DNA of 58,176 bases, filler included, from Diploschistes diacapsis (lineage: Eukaryota), in assembly GCA_023645945.1 (NCBI GenBank). It is 6 parts of 6 records of this genome, joined end to end, with 100 filler letters (N's around TTAATTAATTAA, not from the genome) between each part and the next. Parts side by side here need not be neighbours in the genome. Positions count along the whole stretch, not along the records: positions 29,156 to 38,765 come from JALAIB010001015.1; positions 38,866 to 48,473 come from JALAIB010001016.1; 4 more parts are not named here. One strand, given 5' to 3'. Positions 36,062 to 46,404 of the stretch are shown piece by piece (position 1 is the first letter of the stretch; the number at the start of each line of letters is the position of its first letter). A program made the translations under genes and the position numbers. Below the pieces are notes generated by a model. It was given only the letters and a program-made list of their open reading frames with translations, was not told the DNA's origin and searched no databases.

Positions 36062-37489
36062 ATGCCGACGCCTCTTCGGGTGCGTGGCAAGAGAGGAAAC
36101 AAACGGCGAGTCGTGGAGAGCAAAGATACAAGAATGTTCCAAGCCGTGGTGGTAGGCGCAGCTAATGTATCGCCAAAGCCTCGTCTCTCTTCATTGGAAC
36201 AACTGCCGGCAGAAACACTGCAAGAGATCTTTTTCTTGAGTGCAAATTTGGGCCTCCCGCTTGTGTCCTCCGCCTTGTACGCAAAATTGAACTCCGAATA
36301 CGTCAAGAAAAGATTTGTGATATCATACTTTGCAAGGGAAGAAGTGACCAATCAAGCCATGGATGCTGGTTATGCTCTTTCTTATGTTGAAAATCAGAAT
36401 TTTGTTGCAGGGTTCCAAAGCCAACTGGCTGGCTTGAACTGGTTCACCGCGTCTCTCCTGAAGTCTTGTCGGGAGGAGTTTCTGTGGCAACAGGTCGTAA
36501 AGGCTGTGAGCCACTTCGAGCGAAAGCACGGCACATTGCAGCGAAAAGACACAAATCTGGCTGAAATAAAAAGGGTCCTCTTTTGCACCCATTCAAAATC
36601 AAATGTAGGAGCCGATAAAGATCCCACATATGAGACGCTCGATACCACCTGGTCCTTTTATACAAGTCTAGAAGCCGATAGACGGTCCCTTGTCATAGAG
36701 CTTCGCTTCAACGGGAGGTTCAGGTTGGGTTCGATGGAAGAAGTTGAGATCAGGATGTCGCCCGGTCAGGACGCTGCTTCAGGGGTGCTTCCGCCCAATG
36801 AGCTCTACAGGCCGTACAAGCCCTGCATCCCACCCAGGCTGCACATGCCGCTCGTATCTCGCGATTTTGTTGTGCCTGATCGGCTACTTCGAGGACCTTG
36901 GACGGACGACAAAGTCACCTTGTTGGCATGGATATCGCGAGATGTTAGCGAAAAGTACGGTGGATGCCGTAAGGAGTTGCCCTTCGATCATGCTGTTGCT
37001 GCTCAGGGCTTGATGGATGCTATACAGGCATACTGCTCACCTGCAGTGGCATTGCTGGCGCAACCGCGAAGGTGCGATCTGCTCGCAGGGTTCATGCGCC
37101 GCCTCCGCGCTTCACAATCGCAGCAGCTCGATAGACCGCTCGAGTTGGACACAAAATTCGGGTACTGGGAGAACACAAGATGCTACCATCCGATGAGCTA
37201 CTGTCAACACATTAGCTTCGGTGTATTCGTGCAAGAGAAACACCTTATCGCTGCTCTAGAGACTGCCGAGAAACTAGGCGATTCAGAGGCAACATTATTC
37301 CGCTGGCTTCTACCACTTTGTCTGCTACAGCAGCCCTACTGGGATGCGAGGAAGAATCGAGACCTTTCTGTATTTGTTGAATGGGCTATACGCAAGAAGG
37401 TTGAGGAGAAACGAGGGGGTATTATCGATGGGTTGGGAGCTATGGCATTACGTTTGCTAGATGAAGAACAACGACGCAATGAATTCTAG
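36062..37489 (+). CDS. F-box-like domain hypothetical protein (intact paralog C, intronless, 475 aa)
   Basis: Basic N-terminus (RVRGKRGNKRR) and F-box-like 'LSSLEQLPAETLQEIFFLSANLGLPLVS'; uninterrupted ORF. Confidence 0.8.
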   Translation: MPTPLRVRGKRGNKRRVVESKDTRMFQAVVVGAANVSPKPRLSSLEQLPAETLQEIFFLSANLGLPLVSSALYAKLNSEYVKKRFVISYFAREEVTNQAMDAGYALSYVENQNFVAGFQSQLAGLNWFTASLLKSCREEFLWQQVVKAVSHFERKHGTLQRKDTNLAEIKRVLFCTHSKSNVGADKDPTYETLDTTWSFYTSLEADRRSLVIELRFNGRFRLGSMEEVEIRMSPGQDAASGVLPPNELYRPYKPCIPPRLHMPLVSRDFVVPDRLLRGPWTDDKVTLLAWISRDVSEKYGGCRKELPFDHAVAAQGLMDAIQAYCSPAVALLAQPRRCDLLAGFMRRLRASQSQQLDRPLELDTKFGYWENTRCYHPMSYCQHISFGVFVQEKHLIAALETAEKLGDSEATLFRWLLPLCLLQQPYWDARKNRDLSVFVEWAIRKKVEEKRGGIIDGLGAMALRLLDEEQRRNEF

Positions 37490-38765
37490 ACTGAGAGGAC
37501 CAGTAGTAAGGCACTGGTGGCGGCTCACAAGGGATCCTCTCTGCAGGGCTTTTCTCTGCTTTTAATTGCACCGGCATTGGCTTGCCTTACCAGTTCTCGT
37601 CTGCCTCGGACGTGCTGGTGATCTTTGCTGTGCTAGCCAGAATCGCATCTATGTTCCAACCTCTAAAGCTATCTTTTGTAGGCATCAAGCCTAAGCGTTG
37701 ATCACAACGAACACGTCGCTAGGCTTAGCCAGCCTCGCTCTTTGGTGGTCGAAGGCAGAATCTATAACTCCCCTCTGGGGAGGATCTTTGGTTACCACAC
37801 GGGCATATTCAACATTTTCAAGCTCGACCTTCGCCTCGTTGTCTCAATGTTTGCTGTCCCCCCACGCGAGTGAGCGCCTTCCCGCCTTGGTATTGGCGCA
37901 AGATTATACTTCTGCTAAGAACCTTCATCCCGGTCCTCGAGCCCTGTTCAGTCTATCTGACTGGAACCTAGAACGGGGTGGGACAGCAGGGATATTGGTG
38001 TGCAGAGGGCAAAAAATTGGAAAGGTTTGTGGGATACTGCAACGATTAGGTTTGGAAGGGCTCTCGAAGCTATCCGGAGAGCTGCTGCTGTCTGCCGGAC
38101 ACTTGTTCAAGGAGATATTCGCAACATCATTCCATCCTCTTCGCCCACGATCAGGACGAGTTGTGGTAGGCTCAGCCTCACTTCCAGGGCAGAATCTATT
38201 CGAGATGGTCCGCTTCGAAGCCACTGGAGCAAGGGACTGGGAAAAAGTATCCATATTCGTGTAATTTTTTCGACGATTATGTACGTACCGTCTATGTTTT
38301 GTGCTATGTTTTCTGCAGCCTGGGCCTACCATGAAGTTATGGAAACAAAGAAGAGTCCGTGACGGATACGAGAACCGTTGAGAAGAAGGGGAGAATCGGG
38401 ACGAGAACCACGTGTTGGGTTGTGATGAAGCTGCGATATTTCGCCGAGCTCCAGCATTTGAAGGGCTTGCAAGCCGAACAAGGATGCTACTTGTTTGGGA
38501 ACCACCGAGTTATCTTCACAGCGCAGGAATTTAGTGCCACTACATTCCGTGTTCGATGGAGTCCTTCAAGCTTGGGAACCCAAAACGATACCTAGAATAT
38601 GATTTACAGGCGAGCATCGGATCTGCCCCAGTTGGCATGGTCCCTGTATGTGTGCCGGCGCTGGCCCGCTCTCAGCGCCCGCCAAAAGCCAGTAGGCTTG
38701 AGACAATCCTCAAAGAAGCATTCATACGATGACGCCTATATAGATGCACTCCCCCACCCAAAACC

Positions 38766-38865
38766 NNNNNNNNNNNNNNNNNNNNNNNNNNNNNNNNNNN
38801 NNNNNNNNNTTAATTAATTAANNNNNNNNNNNNNNNNNNNNNNNNNNNNNNNNNNNNNNNNNNNN
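38766..38865. other. Artificial contig spacer
   Basis: N44-TTAATTAATTAA-N44. Confidence 0.99.
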
Positions 38866-39650
38866 GTTATAAGTATTTATAAAATTAGCGTTTTTTTTAA
38901 TCACATTTGTTTATTTAACAATCGATTATATGCTTTTTTTTTTTTTAATTTTAACTTTCTAATTTTTTTTAGATACGATAAAAGCGTCGTTATTTACTCG
39001 CCCTACGCGTCCTGCCGCCTTTTTTACCGCCGTCGCGGCTACGTTCGATATAATCGCCGATAACGATAAACTAAGTTTTAAAAATCTTATGCTTTACGAC
39101 GCCATTTCCGCCGTTTTAACTCGTAATATTGCCTCCTCGCCCGCCCCGACGTCTATTACCTCGCCGCCCCCTAACTCGCCTATCCTCGCCGCTCGCGCCG
39201 AGCTTACGCGGACCCGGACATCCTTACCGCCGTTATCTGCTACGAAAAGGCTTTACAGCTTCCCTACGAACCTTCCGACGTAAAAAACGCGTTTCTTTAC
39301 CGTCGCGAATATCTTTCGAATAATTATAACGGATTTTAACGCGTTTTAACCCTACGCTGCGGATAAGCTTTATGGCTATCTATTATTACGACCGGACGCG
39401 AAAATAAAGGAAAAACGGAAAAAAACATAATAAACGAAAAAAAAGCACGATATAAAAAAAATTATAAAAAATTTAAAAACACGTTTTTAAATTACTTTTA
39501 AAATAATTTAATATTTATTTTTTATTACGATATAATCTTTATAATTATAATAATAATTAAATTTTATTTCTTTTATAATTTATAATTCCGCGTATTTTTA
39601 TAAATAATATATATTTATATATAAATTATATAGAAATCTAAATACCTGGT
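38866..39650. repeat. AT-rich, RIP-mutated repeat/gene relic
   Basis: Visibly depleted of CpA/TpG, rich in TpA, CpG retained; AT-only tracts at 38866-38975 and 39400-39640; ends at the contig edge. Confidence 0.8.
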
Positions 39651-39939
39651 AGAGCCATAGCGAACTAGATAGAATGCATTATTAATTAGATAGAATGCAT
39701 CACTAGAACGCCACTAAATATATTATACAATTTTATAGTAGGCAGAATAAGATAAGCCAAAATTAGTTATTGCCTTACTGCGACTTCGCCGATTGTGACT
39801 TTGGAGAAACCCTTCAGAGACCCCGCAAGTCTAGGAGCCACCTGCATATAACAGTCTTTCCGTTCCTTTTAGTCCTAGTCTTTTCCCACGTTTCCTTTCC
39901 ATTCTTTCTAACAACCTCCTATCCGACTCCCCAGTGGAA

Positions 39940-40659
39940 ATGTGCATCATGTTCACCGCTCTCCGCGAATGCATTCCCTGCATTGCGCCCGCAGCCGATG
40001 ATTCCCCCAGCGAGAAGCAATCCCTGCTTCGCTCCCACCACAACGCCGTCTCTCCAATCCTCGTTTCCCCGTCAATGGCTCGCCGGACGACCCTCCCAGC
40101 CTCCCGAGCTCTTCAGCGTGACCAGTGCGCCGAGCGTATCTGCAATACCATCCTCTCCTGGACCGTGCCCCACGACACGGCCGGTCTCGAACGCCACATT
40201 TCCAGCGAACTCACCACCTACGGTGGCTGGGACCAGTGGCTGGCCGAAGGCGTCCTAAACCGACTTCGTGACATGATAGAGAACGTCGACCACAGTGCCT
40301 GGGGCGAGGGATTCCGCGTCGCGTTCGCTGAGGCGCAAAAGGCGTTGGCCGAGGTCGAGGGCTGGGCGCGAGAGCATCCCCTCTGGGCAAGCGCCATTGG
40401 GTTCATTGTGGTCTTTGGTGTGCTCGAGTTGCTATGTCCTTGGGTGCTGGGGGCGCTGGGGTTTGGCGAGCTAGGGCCGATCGCAGGTACGTCATCAATA
40501 TTTGCCCCTTTTTATGCGCGCTGAAGCTGAAGCTGATGGGTTGTGGTAGGGTCATGGGCTGCACGGTGGCAGTCGCTCTATGGAGGATGTGTGCCTAAGA
40601 AATCTCTGTTCAGCTACCTGCAGCGATTGGGGATGCAGGCCAGACCAAAGAAGATTTGA
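39940..40659 (+). CDS. Membrane protein with C-terminal IFI6/IFI27 (ISG12)-like Gly/Ala motif
   Basis: 'WAREHP', a TM helix, then 'ALGFGELGPIAG|SWAARWQSLYGGCVPKKSLFSYLQRLGM' across intron 40487-40549; stop 40657-40659. Confidence 0.75.
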
Positions 40660-41534
40660 AGTCACGTGATTCCTTATCTTTTCTCTCGGCGCGAAAAGCA
40701 CGCTATAGCCATCATAATAAAGATGTTTGGTTCAATTGAGCAGACAGTCTGATATTCTACAATGGCCATCCACTTTATAGATAAATCTACGTCGCACCAC
40801 ATTTCGCCCATCACGGCACTTTAATCCAAGATTTAGTGAAGCACCAAGGCCAATCCTCTCTTATTTGTGACGGCGGAAGCCGTTCTTGAACCGACCAATC
40901 GAAACACCATCCGTCTTCTTCAATACAAGTGCGCTCTGTCACATTTACTTCGATCCTGTAATCAGATTCCATAGCAGCGGCGGCGATATTCGAGCGGTAT
41001 GTAGTGGAAAATATCTGTCGTCCTTCTATAGGCCGGATAATATACATCATGGCAGCTATAACGACCACCGCCAGGATTTCCATTGTGGAAAATGGCGACC
41101 TAGACAGAGATTAGAACCGCCACCAAAAGCTCGGAAAGCTCCGGGATCCGGGTGAGGGCCTTCTGTGTGGGTTGGTCGAGTAGAGCAGGAAGAGCTCTGA
41201 CCCATTTAAATAACCTGAATGCATTTGATCCTTCTGTCTAAGAAGAGTGTCTGATGTTCCCCTACGCAATACAGCCAAGGTAGAGACTGCTGGCATGCGA
41301 ACATGGGGTCGATATAGGAACGTACAGCCATTTGCAAAGAAGACGGTTAGAAACACCAAAACCCACCACGAAGAGAAGCACAGCCAATAGAGGCCTCTTT
41401 CTGCCGAGGGCGGAGGCACTTTCAATAGTTTTAGACGCCCACTGAACTCCGGCAGCCTTCTACTTTCCAATTACGACTCACTGAAACAATGTGAGGGTGG
41501 ACTACTATTAGCTGTCATTGGTGCATGCACAGTT

Positions 41535-41611
41535 CAGCCTTGTACGAGAGACAGCCTTGTATGAGAGACAGCCTTGTACGAGAGACAGCCTTGTACGAGA
41601 GAAAGCCTTGT
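41535..41611. repeat. 17-bp minisatellite (CAGCCTTGTACGAGAGA)x4.5
   Basis: Units at 41535, 41552 (one C>T), 41569, 41586 and a partial unit at 41603. Confidence 0.95.
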
Positions 41612-41805
41612 CCTGAGCTGAAATTCGAACGGTGAAAGTTCTGTCAACTACAAATCCAGCGCAAGACGGTGTCAAGTTCTTCTGCCTTTAGTCGAACAAT
41701 GGCTTTGACGTGGTCTTTCGCTTGACCCGCAGCTCCAAAGGAATTAAGGTCCTCGATCCTCAACTATGCTGTGTGCGATAGTGAAGGACAAGAATCTTTA
41801 CCAAA

Positions 41806-44800
41806 ATGTCCTCGCGGTTCAAGGTAAAGTCATTCGATTAGGTGGTGTTAAAGATGGAATTAATTCTCGTTAGCAGGGAGCGGAAGACCTTCAGGTCTTA
41901 CCTGCAAACTATAATCCAGGTTTAGCGAGAGCAGATTGGGATAAAGCTACCTATCGCATTATCAATATTCCTGAAGACTTCGATCTGCCGCGTCTTTCGA
42001 ATATGATCGAGAATCTTTTCGAGTTGGACGCTAATGACTTTAAAGTCCATTCACTCGCCTTTGATGCGACTTACGAGAATGAGCCACGGTTCAAAGTTGC
42101 CACAGTATCCTTCCGTGTTAGGCCAACAGCTTTATGCAGTACATCACCAACAATGGATGCTTGGGATTTCGATCTTCCCTCCACACCAAAAGATTCAATT
42201 CAGCCAAATTCCGTACGTTTCGACACGCATTTCAAGGGATTCACCCCGTTATCACCAGCAGACCGAGATGAATACTCCATAGAGTAAGCTTTTATTCTCC
42301 TGTATGGAAATTGGCTAAAAAGTCTAGTTGCGTTCTGATCCATGGCTTAGGAGGTCATGCGCTCAGCTCGTTCAGGTCTCCTACAAGCCCCTATGTCTGG
42401 CCAAGGGACTCCTTGGCTAGACACTTTTCTCAATTGCGAATATGGACTTATGGCTATGAGTTAAAATTGAGAGAAAACGGCTCGATTGCAGATGTGTTTG
42501 AACATGTGGAAACATTCAAATGGCAGTTGCGTATCCTTCGACGGAACCTAAAGGTTGGTATGTTAAGCAGAAACTAAATTAAGCTAACGGCTGTTCTCGA
42601 TAAGGCGAATCGATGCTCGATCCCAATCATCTTTATGGTGCACAGTTTAGGGGGTTGGATCTTCAAAGAAGTAAGTGTGTGGACAGTTTATCAGGAGAGG
42701 CTGCTAAGGTTGCAAAAAAAAGGCAATAGTTAGCATGAGCAGGAGTAACGATCTAGACGATGAATTCCTTTTACAATCTACATATGGGGCTCTGTTTTTC
42801 GGTGTGCCGAGTCAAGGAATGGAAGTTGCAGACTTGATGAGCATGGCTCAGGGCCACCCGGCTCAATACACTGTGAATCTACTTAATCAACAACTAGGGT
42901 TTCGGCTTCGAACCAGACTACAAGGGGAATTTTGCGAGGCCTTTGCTTACAAAGATTCTAAAATCGTCCACTTCTATGAGCAGGAGATGTCTGCTACAAT
43001 GATCCAAGTAAGTCATCTTGCTTGCACCTTCCTACGAAGTTAAGTTTTCGAAGGAAGCCGAGTCGAAGCGCTGGGTGCGCAAAGGTCCAAAGGTTCTGCT
43101 CGTTACTCCTGCATCTGCGACTTGTGGCCGATACTGGGAAAAAGGGAGCGACTATCTCGTCTCGCTCCCCGGAGATCACTCAACCATGGTCAAATTCTCG
43201 GAAAACGATCGGGATGGGTATCCGAAAGTGCGTGAGGTTGTACGAAACTTTGTGAAGGAAGCGGAGATAGTTATCAAACATCGCATACAGAGAGCTTTGA
43301 ATGGAGGTGTGTGATATCATGTCTCCGTGTATCTTAGCTGAAGTAATCCTGACAATGCATAGATCTCTCACCCTGTGAAAAAGGTGTGTCCCATTGCTTT
43401 CCCACTTGATGCTTTTTGGCACATCTTGCAATCTACCTATAATCTTTGTATTTCCCGAGATGGACTGGCGCAAAAACGGCATTGGTGCACTTTAAGATTC
43501 AACTATTCGAGCCGTATATGCCTTTGATTTACTTAAAGTTGATGCATGTAAAGCCATTCAAATTCGTCCAAAGTCCTATTTCCACGCTCCTCCCCCGAGC
43601 ATGGAAGAATTTACCGGCAGAGAGGAATACATGTCGCGCTTAGAAACCGTGTACGATGGCAATAAGCACATCAGGATTGCGCTGTATGGCCTCAGTGGCA
43701 TTGGGTAGGTCGCCATAACAATACCAAATAATTATCATGACTAGTATGCTGATTGATGGACAATATCTAGGAAAACTCGAATCGCCCTCGAAGCTGTGTA
43801 CAAATGGAAAAGGCTTGATTCTACCTCAATATTCTGGGTTCATGCTGGTACTTCTCAACGTATGAATAAGGATTACCTTGATATTGCCAAAGCGGTCGGC
43901 ATTGTGGGATGGGATTCCCAAAACCCTGACATCGACAAACTTAGGCTGGTCAAAGATTGGTTCGAGAGCGCAGCATCTGGACGCTGGATACTGGTTCTTG
44001 ACAACGCCGACGACATTGACTTGTTATACAAAGGACAGCATAATGCGAACCGTCTGGCGAACTACTTTCCCCGGTCGTCTAATGGCACGATACTGCTGAC
44101 GACACGAAACAAAAAGGTTGCGACAAGTTTTACCACACACAAAAATATCGTCTCGATCAAAGCTTTCAATACGACCGAATCAATAAACCTTCTGAAGTCC
44201 AAAGTGGGTGATGATTTCCATGAGCGCGACTATGTCAAGCTAGCCAACACCCTTGATCATGTTCCACTTGCACTTGTCCAAGCTGCAGCTTTCATATCAA
44301 CTCAGTCGCTGTCCATCACGAGATATCTAAGCCTCTACGATAAAAGTGATGCCTTCAAGATCGACCTTCTGAGCAAAGAGTTTGAGGATGATATACGAGA
44401 TAGGGATATTAAGAACCCTATATCCGCAACATTTGCTATCTCCTTTGAACACATCGAGAAGTCCGATCCTCGAGCGGCCGATATATTGTCGATCATGAGC
44501 ATGCTGGACACCCAAGCTATACCGACATCTCTTTTACCTCTCGATGAAGACATACTTTCCACGGAAGCATTAGGAACGCTGCAGGCTTTCTCGCTTATCA
44601 CCAAAGCATCCCAACAAGAGCAGGAGGATCAGTCATTCGACATGCACCGTTTAGTTCGCCTCGCCATGCACAGCTGGTTGCGTATAAGCCGTGAGTTGAA
44701 ATTGTGGGCTAGAAGTTCCATAGCAATTATGAGCAAGCGATTTCCAGAGGGGAGTTATGAGAATCTTGATACCTGCAAAACTTATTTGCCTCATGCCTTG

Positions 44801-45601
44801 ATTGTTCTCTCTTCGGAGCAAACACTCGGTGATGATGAATTACCTGAAGCTCTTCACCCATCGCAGGAAGTTTTAAAGGAAACAAAAATTCTGCACGCGG
44901 CTCTACAACTCCGCGTATCCCAGCACTTTACGACTATGGGCAACTTCCAATCAGCCGAGCCCATTGCACGAAGATCATTAACTACAAGAAAGATAATGCT
45001 TGGCAAGGAGCATCCAGACACACTAGAGAGCATGGCCAATCTGGCGTCGGTGCTGGAAGGCCAGGGCAAGTACGAAGAATCGGAACGGATGAATCGACAG
45101 ATATTTATCTTAAAAGAAACAGTACTGGGTAAGAAACATCCAGATACATTAATGACCATGAGTAATCTAGCGGTGGTGCTGGATAGCCAGGGTAAGTACG
45201 AAGAATCGGAATGGATGAATCGACAAACGCTTATCTTGAAAGAAACGGTGCTGGGCAAGAAGCATCCAAATACATTAACGACCATGAACAATTTGGCGTT
45301 GGTGCTGGATAAGCAGGGCAAGTACGAAGAATCGGAACGGATGAATCGACAGACGCTTATCTTGCAAGAGACGGTGCTAGGCAAGAAGCATCCAAATACA
45401 TTAACGACCATGAGCAATCTAGCGGTGGTGCTGAATAACCAGGGCAAGTACGAAGAATCGGAGCAGATGAATCGACAGACACTTGCTTTAATAGAGACAG
45501 TATTGGACAAGAAGCATCCACTCGTATTAACGGTCAGGGTCAATCTGGCGTGGACACTAAGAGACCAGGGCAAGTTCGAGGAGGCCAGAATGTATCAATG
45601 A
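41806..45601 (+). CDS. Fungal NLR-like STAND protein: SesB/PGAP1-like alpha/beta hydrolase - NB-ARC - TPR (~1080 aa, ~9 exons)
   Basis: Hydrolase motifs FDTHFKGFTPL, LIHGLGGH, WPRDSL, RIWTYGY, MVHSLGG, FFGVPSQG, DHSTMVKF; NB-ARC FTGRE, Walker A GLSGIG|KT, Walker B WILVLDNADD, LLTTRN, VPLALVQAAA, MHRLV; 42-aa TPRs. Exons ~41806-41823, 41877-42283, 42328-42553, 42605-42670, 42723-43007, 43054-43306, 43363-43383, 43554-43704, 43770-45601 splice in frame. Confidence 0.9.
45002..45598 (+). repeat. 126-bp intragenic tandem repeats encoding TPRs (4 full + 1 truncated)
   Basis: Recurrent 'cagggcaagtacgaagaatcgga..ggatgaatcgaca' and 'aagaagcatcca' at a 126-nt period. Confidence 0.95.
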
Positions 45602-46404
45602 ACTGTACCGATAGCGTGAATGTTGATAAACTATCAACCTCCCCGTCCACTTTCTCGAGGCTTGGACTCTCTATATATTTACTTTTGAGATTCCACGTCT
45701 TCCCAAACGGTCCATCGAACGTGGCGATTGGACTGCAATTACAGTACATAAAGTGTCTGAACGAAAGAGGTTATCATTCATGGTTTCTGAGATGTCTGAG
45801 GCAAATGCAGGACCGTTGTGACGATATATTAATCGTTATGCCTTACCAACTATTTATATTTTAGTCTGGTCTAAGAAATTCGTAGCAGCAATGGTAGTAT
45901 CAGTAGAGTTTCCTGTGCTCGGGAGTCCAGACAACCTACTGTCGTCACGTGCCGTTACTCTGTTTCAAGAAAATGCCAAGGTTTTAGCAGCCCCTTCACG
46001 TTGGGGGCAGCGGTTATTATGACCGTTAATTTTGGTAGATTACAGACGCTAAGCTCAGTTGCGTCGACAATACAGCGCTACTTAAATTTTATTGTATATC
46101 TCACAGGAATCAAAGCACCTACACATTTCCAGTCAGAGTATAATCTTTAAAATCCATTACATTCTATACTCCGCTTTCTCTCACCAAACTTATATCGCGT
46201 TACAAAAACGCTTGAAATCTAAGTATTAACCTTGCTTGCTGCTTCAGCCACCAACTACATTTCCGCCGCATATTGCGTGTACACCCGATTTTGCATACTG
46301 CCAAGATAACGGTCAGAATAACCGGGACCCCAGATTGGCGGGGCGGCTATAATCATTCTGCCCTCTCCCCTCGCCACTTCGGTAGATACTTCCAGCGAAG
46401 TGCC

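Noticed and set aside
37698..38362. ORFs downstream of paralog C
   Set aside because: No shared motifs with the paralog family or any recognisable domain; at most an unidentifiable relic.
41535..41611. CRISPR-like array
   Set aside because: Head-to-tail repeats with no spacers, eukaryotic context, no cas genes.
44854..45573. 239-aa repetitive minus-strand ORF
   Set aside because: Antisense shadow of the TPR array.
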